A stretch of 64,000 nt of DNA from Selaginella moellendorffii (taxonomy: Eukaryota; Plantae; Lycopodiophyta): assembly GCF_000143415.4 (NCBI RefSeq), contig NW_003314288.1, positions 22,002-86,001 of the forward strand. The letters run 5' to 3'. The notes under the pieces were generated by a model. That model was not told the origin of the DNA. It did no database searches and saw nothing but the letters and a program-made list of their open reading frames with translations. Positions 52,373-61,600 of this stretch are shown here, in pieces (positions within the stretch are counted from its first letter, which is position 1; each line of letters starts with the position of its first letter). A program made the translations under genes and the position numbers.

Positions 52373-52981
52373 TCAGCTCGACTTGGATGATCCCTGGCTA
52401 TTCTCCTCGATTCTAATCCCGCTAACACCGCCGGCCAATTGGTTCCTGTCCAGATCCAAATCCTCCTCATCCTTCACATTCTGGAGTAGCATCTTGGACG
52501 TCTTAAACTCGGAGTAGTGCTCGCGCCGGACATCCTCAAAACTCTTGCGCCTCGATTTCCCGTTGCTAGCACTGCTGCTAGATCCGTGATCGCTGCTGGA
52601 GGAGGCGACGTTCTCGAGAGCGTGGCGGAGGACATTGGGATCCACGGACGTCTTGGAGTCGTCGGGAATCGGCGACAAATCTCCTGCGCCAAGCCAAGAA
52701 GAAAGATTTCTCTGAAGAGGGGGAAATATTTCGGTGGATCGCGAGCAAAAGGCCAGATCTCGACGTACCAGGCGCGTGGAATGGCGTCTTTGGCTCGTCG
52801 ATCTTCTGCTTGGGCGTCTTGTGCGTCTCCAGATAGTCGAGATTGTTCTCGTCCCACGCTACTCTGAAACTGGGAAACGATCACGAGCACAGAGATCAGC
52901 AACGAAGAAATGCGCTCTCGCGATCGATCGATCGAATGATCGATCTTACCTCGCTCTGCTGTGGCTGTTGCCGCGCTTCAT
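52373..52981 (-). CDS. IPP2: Protein phosphatase 1 inhibitor-2 family protein (3 exons)
   Basis: VEWDENNLDYLETHKTPKQKIDEPKTPF and FEDVRREHYSEF are I-2 hallmark motifs. ATG at 52981 is followed by an AG|GTAAG donor. Confidence 0.87.
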
Positions 52982-53204
52982 TCCTCCGGGAGAAATGCCG
53001 GCCCTAATCTACCCTAACTCCCGATCCTAGCGCCGCCTCCTAGGATGATCGATCAGGGATGCGATTGCTCGTCGCGCCGCGATGGAATGCGCCAAAGCTC
53101 TCCCTTGCTCCAAACGACGCCGAAGCATATTCTTTTAGGATTCGATGGCATTTACTCGTTTTTTTTAAATCTCAGCCGCCCACTTCGCGCCCAAATTTTG
53201 AAAG

Positions 53205-53212
53205 TTTCGCGC
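53205..53212 (+). promoter_or_regulatory. E2F consensus site in the 349-bp divergent IPP2/PIF1 intergenic region
   Basis: TTTCGCGC fits WTTSSCSS; a second near-match CTTCGCGC lies at 53183. Confidence 0.45.
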
Positions 53213-53330
53213 TTTGACTACTCTTCCCACTTAGGGTTCTTCATTCGTGGGGCTTGTGGAGCGAGGTATGATCATTGAAATCTCTTGCGCTCTCCTCTAG
53301 GTAACGAGATTCTTTGCTGCAGGCCGAGAG

Positions 53331-55073
53331 ATGGATGTGATCATGCTGAAAGACGATCAGTCGAGGGTATTGACGGAACAGCAGAGAAATCGAGCCCTAC
53401 GGCAGAGGGACCTGGCGCTTGCGCGGCGACAGGCGAGAATGTCAGGTAGTACGCTGGTTCCTACACCATCCCAGCAGGAAGTGATCGATATTACGAGCAG
53501 CCCCATTCGTGAGTCGTCCAAATCGAAGCCGGAAGTGATCGTTCTAGGGGAATCGGACGATGAAGTTATCCATTCCACCGTCAGAGCTCAGCCCAGCATT
53601 CCAGCGCCGCCGCTCGTCCGGAAAGAAGATACTCTTGTGAGGAACTTGGAGAGTGAAGGCTGGAGGGAGACTAGAAAGCGGCCAAGTCCCGAGAAAGAAA
53701 GTTTTGGTCCTTGCAAGGCAGTGAAGATGGGCACCGCGGACGAAGGAACTTCTTCTGGCAACAAAAATGGCAACTTTGAGACGAAAGAGGCTACTCCTTC
53801 TCCCGAGCAGCTCAGGGTCTTGGAGGCGGTGTGTAACAGGCAATCGGTCTTTGTGACGGGCTCGGCTGGAACAGGAAAGAGCTACATTCTCGAGAGAGCC
53901 ATCCAAGTTTTGAGGACTGTCTACCATCCATCGGCAGTTTACGTGACAGCGTCAACCGGGATTGCTGCGTGCGCGATCGGTGGTACTACCTTTCACGCTT
54001 TCGCTGGAGTGGGCATCGGGCTCTCGAAGAAGGAGCAGCTCGTCGACATGGTGATGAGAAGCAAGGAGAAGAAACAGAGATGGCTCAACGCTGCGGCTCT
54101 GGTGATTGACGAGATAAGCATGATCGATGCGGAGCTCTTCGACAAGGTGGACTTTGTGGGGCGAGCCGTGAGGAGGAGCAAAGAGCGTTTCGGTGGCTTG
54201 CAGCTGATCGTCACCGGCGATTTCTTTCAGCTCCCGCCAGTTCAAAAGCCCGGAGAGACCAAGTCGTTCGTCTTCAGCGCGAAGTGCTGGAAGGAATGCT
54301 TCGATCTCCAGATGGAGCTGACACAGGTTTTCCGCCAGTCGGATCGGGAGTTCGTCGGGATGCTTAACGAGATCCGCCGCGGCGAGTGCTCTTTCGCCAC
54401 CGAGACGAGGCTCAAGTCTTGCACAAGCATCTCCACTGCCCCAGGCATCGAGCCGACGCGACTCTATCCCCGGCGAGCCGACGTCGACCGCGAGAACGAG
54501 CAGAAGCTCCGGTCACTCAACCCATCGTCAAAGTCCGTCACCTTCTCCGCCAAGGACTCGGGAAGAACACAGATGCTCAACGGCAGCCGCGCGGAAGCCG
54601 AGATCACGCTCGCGATCGGAGCCCAAGTGATGCTCATCAAGAACCTTGGCACCGAGCAGGGGCTCGTGAATGGAGCTCGCGGGATCGTGGTGGGCTTCAC
54701 GGCCCCGGAGAAGAGCGAGCTCCGGATCTCGCCAGGCGGAGGACTCCCGGTGGTGCGATTCAATCACTCGGGTTCTAGCGAGTGGATCATCCGGCCGGAG
54801 GCGTGGAGCGTCATGGAAGGCGAGGTGGAAGTGGCCAAGAGATTGCAGCTTCCATTGATCCTGGCGTGGGCATTGAGCGTCCACAAGTGCCAGGGGATGA
54901 CGCTCGACTGCGTGGAGACGGACCTCTCCAGGACCTTTGAGTACGGCATGGTGTACGTCGCGCTCTCCAGAGTACGGAGCTTGCACGGACTGCGGCTACT
55001 GGGATTCGATCCCCTCAAGATCCGAGTTCACCCCGAGGTAGTTACTTTCTACGATCAGCTGAAAGGCAGGTAA
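53331..55073 (+). CDS. PIF1: PIF1-family 5'-3' DNA helicase, single coding exon (580 aa)
   Basis: VTGSAGTGKS, TASTGIAA, GGTTFHAFAG, IDEISM, FDKVDFVGRAVRRSKERFGGLQLIVTGDFFQLPPV, QVFRQSD, LVNGARG, QLPLILAWALSVHKCQGMTL, YVALSR. Confidence 0.95.
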   Translation: MDVIMLKDDQSRVLTEQQRNRALRQRDLALARRQARMSGSTLVPTPSQQEVIDITSSPIRESSKSKPEVIVLGESDDEVIHSTVRAQPSIPAPPLVRKEDTLVRNLESEGWRETRKRPSPEKESFGPCKAVKMGTADEGTSSGNKNGNFETKEATPSPEQLRVLEAVCNRQSVFVTGSAGTGKSYILERAIQVLRTVYHPSAVYVTASTGIAACAIGGTTFHAFAGVGIGLSKKEQLVDMVMRSKEKKQRWLNAAALVIDEISMIDAELFDKVDFVGRAVRRSKERFGGLQLIVTGDFFQLPPVQKPGETKSFVFSAKCWKECFDLQMELTQVFRQSDREFVGMLNEIRRGECSFATETRLKSCTSISTAPGIEPTRLYPRRADVDRENEQKLRSLNPSSKSVTFSAKDSGRTQMLNGSRAEAEITLAIGAQVMLIKNLGTEQGLVNGARGIVVGFTAPEKSELRISPGGGLPVVRFNHSGSSEWIIRPEAWSVMEGEVEVAKRLQLPLILAWALSVHKCQGMTLDCVETDLSRTFEYGMVYVALSRVRSLHGLRLLGFDPLKIRVHPEVVTFYDQLKGR

Positions 55074-55194
55074 AAGATTTTAGGGTGCGAGATTTTACTT
55101 CGTATTTTTGCCAGCTGAAAAGGTGATGCGTACTAGGTTACCATTTTAGGGTTCTTCCGACAGGCTAGGGTTTGCTAGGGCCGATGCTCCAGGC

Positions 55195-56907
55195 ATGAAA
55201 CGCGAGCGGGAGGAGGCAGCAGCGGCGGGCAAGGAGGAGCGCGACGGGGCTGCTGCGATTCGCCACTGCCCAGGTTTGATGGCGCACGCCAATGGCGGCA
55301 GCGGCGACGAGCAAAAGAAGGCGGCGGCGGCGGCGGCGACGAGGAGCAACAAGTATGATCGGCAGCTCCGGATTTGGGGTGAGCACGGGCAAGGCGCGCT
55401 GGAGCAAGCTAGCGTCTGCCTCTTGAATTGCGGAGCCACGGGCAGCGAGGCGCTCAAGAATCTCGTCCTGGGAGGGATTGGCAATGTCACGGCCGTGGAC
55501 GGGGGATTGGTCCAGGAATCCGACCTTGGCAACAATTTCCTCCTAAGCGCCGAGAATCTAGGCCAGCCACGAGCCAAGAGCATGGCCGCATTGCTCCAGG
55601 AGATGAACGACTCGGTGTTGATCGACCACATCGACGCCTCGCCCGAGTCTCTGCTTGACTCCGACCCGGGATTCTTCGCGAGGTTCACGCTCGTGATCGC
55701 CACCCAGATGCGTGACAGGAGCTTGGTGATCCTGGACGAGGTTTGCCGGCGCTTCTCCGTGATGCTGCTCGTCGCGCGATCCTATGGACTGACCGGGTAC
55801 GTGAGGATCAGCCTCCGCGAGCACGCGGTGATCGAGAGCAAGCCCGACAACACCGTGAGCGATCTCCGGCTCCACAGGCCATGGCCGGAGCTCACCACGT
55901 TCGTCAAAGAGTTTAACTTGGAGACCGAGGACTCTCTCGTCCACAAGCACATCCCTTTCGCGATCATCCTTCTCAAGGTGTGTGAGGAGTGGAGGAGCAA
56001 GCACGGCGGCGCTCTCCCGTCGACCACCAAGGAGAGATCCGAGTTTAAGTCCCTGGTGGCGTCGAAGAAGCAGGCACAGGACGAGGACAACTACAAGGAG
56101 GCGGTGGCGGCGGCGAGCAAAGTCTGGTCTCCGCCATCGCTGAGCTCGGAAGTGAAAGCCATCCTGGAAGACGGCGCTGCCGACGTCGACTCTAGCTCCT
56201 CGGACTTTTGGATACTCGTTGCGGCGCTCAAGGGATTCGTGGCCTCGGAGGGTGGCGGAGAGTTTCCACTCGACGGTGCCATCCCGGACATGCATTCCTT
56301 CACCGAGTACTACATCCTCCTCCAGCGCTGCTACCAGGCCAAGGCCGAGTCGGACGTCTCGGCCGTGGAAGCCCACGTAAGGAGCATCCTCTCGCAGCTG
56401 GGAAGAGACCCGGACTCCATCTCCAGGGCCGCGATCAAGCACTTTTGCAAGAACTCGAGGAACTTGAGGGTGCTGAGGTACAGCTCGCTGGCGGAGGAGC
56501 TGGGCTTGAAAGAGGTAGGGGCCAAGCTCCAGAAGTATCTCCCGTTCGAGGGAGACAACGCAAACTACGCGATCTACCTCATGTTTCGAGCGGTGGACAG
56601 ATTTGCCGAGGAGTTTGGGAGGTTCCCGGGGGCTATGGCGGACGAGACGGTGGAGGAGGACGCGGCCAAGCTGGGGGCGATTGCGCACAAACTGGCGGGC
56701 GAGATTGGAGTGGACGGTGGCGTCTCGGAGGAGTTCGTGTACGAGTTTTCCCGGTTTGGAGGCGGGGAGATCCACTGTGTGGGCGCTGTCGTCGGGGGGA
56801 TTGCGTCGCAGGAAGCCATCAAGCTGGTGACCAAGCAGTTCACTCCCACAGCGGGGACGCTCATCTACAACGCGATCAGCTCCACCACCACAATTTTCCA
56901 GCTCTGA
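55195..56907 (+). CDS. AXR1: NEDD8/RUB-activating enzyme E1 regulatory subunit, intronless (start 55195 or 55279)
   Basis: KYDRQLRIWGEHGQGALEQASVCLLNCGATGSEALKNLVLGGIG; RSYGLTGYVRIS; DLRLHRPWPEL; HKHIPF; PLDGAIPDM; GGIASQEAIKLVTKQF. Confidence 0.95.
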   Translation: MKREREEAAAAGKEERDGAAAIRHCPGLMAHANGGSGDEQKKAAAAAATRSNKYDRQLRIWGEHGQGALEQASVCLLNCGATGSEALKNLVLGGIGNVTAVDGGLVQESDLGNNFLLSAENLGQPRAKSMAALLQEMNDSVLIDHIDASPESLLDSDPGFFARFTLVIATQMRDRSLVILDEVCRRFSVMLLVARSYGLTGYVRISLREHAVIESKPDNTVSDLRLHRPWPELTTFVKEFNLETEDSLVHKHIPFAIILLKVCEEWRSKHGGALPSTTKERSEFKSLVASKKQAQDEDNYKEAVAAASKVWSPPSLSSEVKAILEDGAADVDSSSSDFWILVAALKGFVASEGGGEFPLDGAIPDMHSFTEYYILLQRCYQAKAESDVSAVEAHVRSILSQLGRDPDSISRAAIKHFCKNSRNLRVLRYSSLAEELGLKEVGAKLQKYLPFEGDNANYAIYLMFRAVDRFAEEFGRFPGAMADETVEEDAAKLGAIAHKLAGEIGVDGGVSEEFVYEFSRFGGGEIHCVGAVVGGIASQEAIKLVTKQFTPTAGTLIYNAISSTTTIFQL

Positions 56908-57294
56908 GAGTCGAAGGAACGCCATCTTTTCTCTCTCTTCTCTTTTTCCTTTTTTTTCTCTCGCTTCTCTCAATATTATTTTTAATCCGTGATTCAAGAG
57001 TTCGGGTGAGTTGGGCCTGACCCCGATGATGTAAATTACATCAGGTATAAATTGTCTTAAACCCTTTCTAGTATATTCTTTTTTATTCTATCATCTAATG
57101 GTTGATATATAATAAAATTAGAGTTCATAAATTACAAACATGCTTGTAACTATACTTTATTTGATCAATTGAATTAATAAGTCAGAATAACACTATTATT
57201 AAACAAACCAAGATGCAACACATAACAATTTATTTTCGCTTTAGTGAGATCCCAAAATTAGGTAAGAAAATCATGTCTAAGGTTTTAATCCATC

Positions 57295-57510
57295 AGAATC
57301 AATGGCCAAATTCCTCCATTTCTCTCAAATTGTGAGCTGGTAAAGTTGCCTCTCAAATTTATCTAATTCCAGAATTGTTAAAAAATTGTAGCAAAGGTTG
57401 AGTGGAGAAATTCTTGAAACTATTTCCAATATGAGTAAATTAGAACAGTTTGAGAGGGAATAATTTAACAGGTCCAATACCCAGCACAATTGGGAACTTA
57501 CCAATCACAA
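57295..57510 (+). pseudogene. Plant-specific extracellular LRR gene relic
   Basis: Broken frames give RINGQIPPFLSNCELVKL, LSGEILETISNMSKLEQ and LRGNNLTGPIPSTIGNL. Confidence 0.6.
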
Positions 57511-57699
57511 GAGTCACTAAAGGATCACAAAGATTTTTGAGTTGGGGAAAAAAGGCATAGTTAAGATAAAAAATAAAATGATATTGATAGTAGTGGACAA
57601 AAAGGAAGTTGCAAATATGGTAGACTGTTTTTTCCATAAGTGCAGCCTCAAATCAAAGCTTTACCACCACTTTCTTGATAGAAGGGTGCACAATCTATG

Positions 57700-58620
57700 C
57701 TCATATAATACTCATATGGCTAGTGGTATCAAGTATGAAACTCTCTACCATTTAAACATGGAACTGGTATTTCTAGCTCAAGTGCTTACCCTTCAAGCAT
57801 GTGAAACTATCAAGTTGTGGCATGCTAATATGGGGCATGTCAATGAACTAAATTTGCATGCCTTAGCTTGCAACCAATTTGTTGAAGGCATCACACTCCT
57901 AACTAGCCATTTAGGTGAAGTTTGCCATCTTGGCAAGAAAGTTTTGTAAGCTCTTAAGTTTAGACTTCCTAAAAAGTCATTCAACCCAATAATATTCAAA
58001 CTTAAAAACACTTAAAAACCTTTAATCAATTGAAAAAGGGGGTGCATTCTTGTTCACGAGCCCTTTCCCTTTATATTTGAACCCTTATGGATCATCTCTC
58101 GAGTCGTTCCCTTTGATTCCTTACAATCCACCACACTTCCTTGCAAATTCATGCTCTCATGAACGGAAGTTGAGAGCCACAGCTTTTTCTCTCTCCTCTC
58201 GCCTCACTCTCTTGACACCCTTCCCCTGGAGTCAAGCCTAACCAGAGCAAACTAGACCTACCAGATGTCAATCAATATATAGTGTAACCAACTAATAGAG
58301 TCTGACCTAAGACCTCTTTCATACCAAATGTAAGCTCCCGACTTTGGACTTCCCAGAAGGTCATCCAGCCTAGTACAATTCAAACCCAAAGGCATTTAAC
58401 CCCAAATATCCCAAGACCCTTAATCGATTGGAAAAGGGGGTGCACTCTTATTCATAGGCTTTTTCCCTTTATATTTAAACCATTATAGATCATCTTTCGA
58501 GTTGTTCTCTTTGGTTGCTTACAAATTTGCCTTTCATTCATATCAAGAACCATGAAGGAGCAAGTTACAAACTTGTTGGATCTAGTTCATAATGATGTGT
58601 GCTACCTATCACACTTTACT
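57700..58620 (+). mobile_element. Ty1/Copia GAG-pre-integrase and integrase-start relic, interrupted by a Cassandra
   Basis: KLWHANMGHVN...EVCHLGK before 57945 and TNLLDLVHNDVC after 58523. Confidence 0.7.
57945..58523 (-). mobile_element. Second, older Cassandra-type TRIM
   Basis: Reverse complement of 476-1070. LTRs at 58329-58523 and 57945-58125, PBS remnant at about 58316-58328, TSD AGTTT/AATTT, decayed 5S domain at about 58346-58400. Confidence 0.88.
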
Positions 58621-58653
58621 AGAGACTGTCTAGTGCCTTCTCCAACACGCAAG

Positions 58654-61600
58654 TGTAAGGAACCGACTCCCCGAGATGTCGTAGGCTAAAGGATCCCCAA
58701 AAGCTTGACCGAAATGACAAAGAGTTCATCGGATGGGACCAAGTCGAGGATCGAGTCCAAGACCGACTCTAGGACCGAGTTCGAGATAGAGTCCGGAATC
58801 GAGTCCGAGACCGACTCGGGGACCGAGTTCGAGTTCGAGACCGAGTTCGAGACGGAGTCCGAGATCCGAAATCGGGTCCGAGACCGAGTCCGAGGTCGAG
58901 TGCGAGGTCGGGTCCGAGATCGGGTCCGAGATCAAGTCCGAGATCGAGTCTGAGACCGAATCCGAAGTCAGATCCGAAATCGGGTCTGAGATCGAGCCAG
59001 AGACTAAGTCCAAATACTAATACGGGTCAAGGGGTGAAAGCCCAAAGCGTGCGTCTCCCAGGGGGGGGGGGCTGCAGGGGGTTCCAAAAGTATAGTAGGG
59101 ATAGTGAGGTCCAGGAACCAGTTTTGAAGGGACTCTCCAGTTGGGCTTCCAAACCGACTTGAGGTTGAGACTGGGACCGAGGGGCCTTGGGTGGGAGTGA
59201 GCATGGACTTGGCTGATTCCGGAGGGGCCGTCCAAGGAAGTGCTCAAGAGCAGCTCCCACTCCCGAAAGGGAAACCGACTACGGTGCTCCCGGCTTAGGT
59301 GGAGTGGTGCCCCACTTGAGTACCTTGTGGCTCATTGGTCCTCGCCCTTCCGGGGGCTTGGGCCTTCCCTTCGGGATGGAAGAGGGGGGGTAGAGGTACC
59401 CATACCGGGCCGTTAGGCCACGGTGTTTCGCCCCGACGTCCCGAAGCAAGTGCTGCACCCAAGGCTTGGGATTTAGAGGGTCCCATGATCAAGTCTTGTG
59501 GTACCAAGGGGTGTTAGGAATCTGGAGGCTTGGTGTGCTTGGCTGCTTGTGCCTGCGGGGAGTGTAGCCGAACCTTAAGTCCAGTCTAACCCGAGGAGGG
59601 GGATTGGGAGAGATTTGGGAATCCGTAGATGGATGGCTAACACTCCGTTGCTCGTGCAATGAGTAGCTGAAACCAAGTAGGACCAAGTAGGAGCTGGTAC
59701 CATAGGCGAGAACCTTGGCGAGGGAACTTAGCACAAGCCAAGGCAGAGTTGGCCGGATAGACGAGGTAAGCTGGCAAATTGTAAAGGAAAAATTTGTGGC
59801 TTACAATTTGGTATCGGAGCCTCTTCCTCAGTTCTAGCAAAGGATAGAGGCGGATTGCTGGGAGATGGCAAGGGCAGGACGTAAGCGAACCCAGGCAGAG
59901 ACGGAACCTCCTCCAGAGCTGGAGCCTCCGGTCGAACAGGAGGCTATGGATGAGGAATCCTTGCATGAGGAGGACTCCAGTGAGGAAACTTCCAAACAGG
60001 AGTCCGGTGGCGAGGTTCGGTCGTCCAAGGCTCGATTGGACGTTCTAGAAGGACAATTGGCGCAGACCAATGCCCTGCTAGAGACTCTCGTGCGCAAGCT
60101 AAAGCGTGACAAGAAGCGGAAGAAAAAGCGAAAGACTGCGGATGCTGGCAGCGCAGAAGGTGCGGACCCATCGGCAGGGACTGAGGCAAAACCAGACAAG
60201 GTCGAACAGACCGAAGTGGAATCAGTCCCTCAAGCAGTTCCCAAGTACAAACCAAAGCCCCCACCGGTCTTCAAGGGAGTGAACGACTATAAGGTGGTGG
60301 AGGATTGGTTTTACGATATGGAGGACTACTTCCGAGTGTTGCGATTACCGAGCTTGGAGAAGGTCCCATGTGCAAAACCATACCTGGCAGATAATGCCAA
60401 GTCTTGGTGGAGAACGACGGAGGCCAACGAAGGACCGGTGGCCACTTGGGAAATGATGAAGGCGAGGATCCGCGCAACTTACGTTCCTCCGAATGCTACC
60501 CTGCATCTAAGGGACGAGCTGAGTAGGCTGAAGCAGACCGGAACCATTCAGGAGTATGTGAATGGGTTTATGGCAAAGAGGATACTTGTCACGGACATGG
60601 GGGATATGGATGCGTTCCATGCCTTCATATCAGGTTTGCAAACCTGGGCTCGCGGCGAAGTAATGCGGTGGAACCCGACCAACTACAAGGAAGTGTTGGA
60701 TGCGGCCATCAAGGTGCATTTTAACGATAACCTGCGAAAGGGGAACACAACGGGGTTGGGATCCACGTTTAGCAAAGGGGCCAAACCAAGGGGAACGTTT
60801 AGCAGAGGGAAATTCAAGAAGAGTTTCTCTAAGAATGAGTCCTCAGGGTTCCGGAAAGGCAGATCCGGTGGCCAGCGAGCGAGTACGTGGGGGAGTCAAG
60901 CGAAAAGAGACAAACCCACGGATAAGAAGGTCAAGTCGTATAGCAGCGTGGGAAACAATGTATGCTACAACTGCAGTGAAGCGGAACACTTCTCGAGGGA
61001 ATGTCCCTACCCGAAGAAGGCCAGAGCCAATATGGCCATCAAATCGGGTGAAGTCCAAACGGAGGTATGTGATCCAGTCCCTAACTCAAAGTTACTCATT
61101 ACACGAGCAACTTTGGTAGAGAGTCATTCGCGACATCTACTAGCCCTCCGAGGGAAGCTCGGAGGTAGCTTTGTTAAAATCCTTATTGACACGAGTGCTT
61201 CGGATAATTTTGTGGCTGCAGACATAGTCCGGCAAGCCGGACTAACGGTGCAGCGGCTAGGCGAACCAAGGACTATAGAGTTTGTTCAAGGTAGCCAAAG
61301 CACCGATGAGGTACTTTGACAAGCGAGAGTCGAAGTAGGGACATGGAGAGTGGACATGGATTTCACCGTGTTGGACATGGCGGGATTTGACGTGATCTTC
61401 GGAATGGACTGGTTTAATCGGTTCGTGGTAGCCCTGCATGGACAAGGTAGAAACCTTGTGGTACTGGCGAATGCCCAAGGAAGAAGATCTAGGGTGGAGG
61501 CCCAGGATCTAAAGGTAGGGCAAAGCAAGGCCAAAGAGTCCTGCTTAAACCTGGTGTCCACAAGAGGACAACTCACTAAAGGAACTAAGGCAGCCTTTTT

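Noticed and set aside
58730-59005. CRISPR-like array
   Set aside because: Contiguous short repeats with no unique spacers, no cas genes, eukaryotic LTR context.
61317-61325. Programmed gag-pol stop-codon readthrough (TGA CAA)
   Set aside because: The stop lies inside the protease, not at the gag/pol boundary, and lacks the full CARYYA context. A CGA>TGA deamination is more likely; other family copies would settle it.
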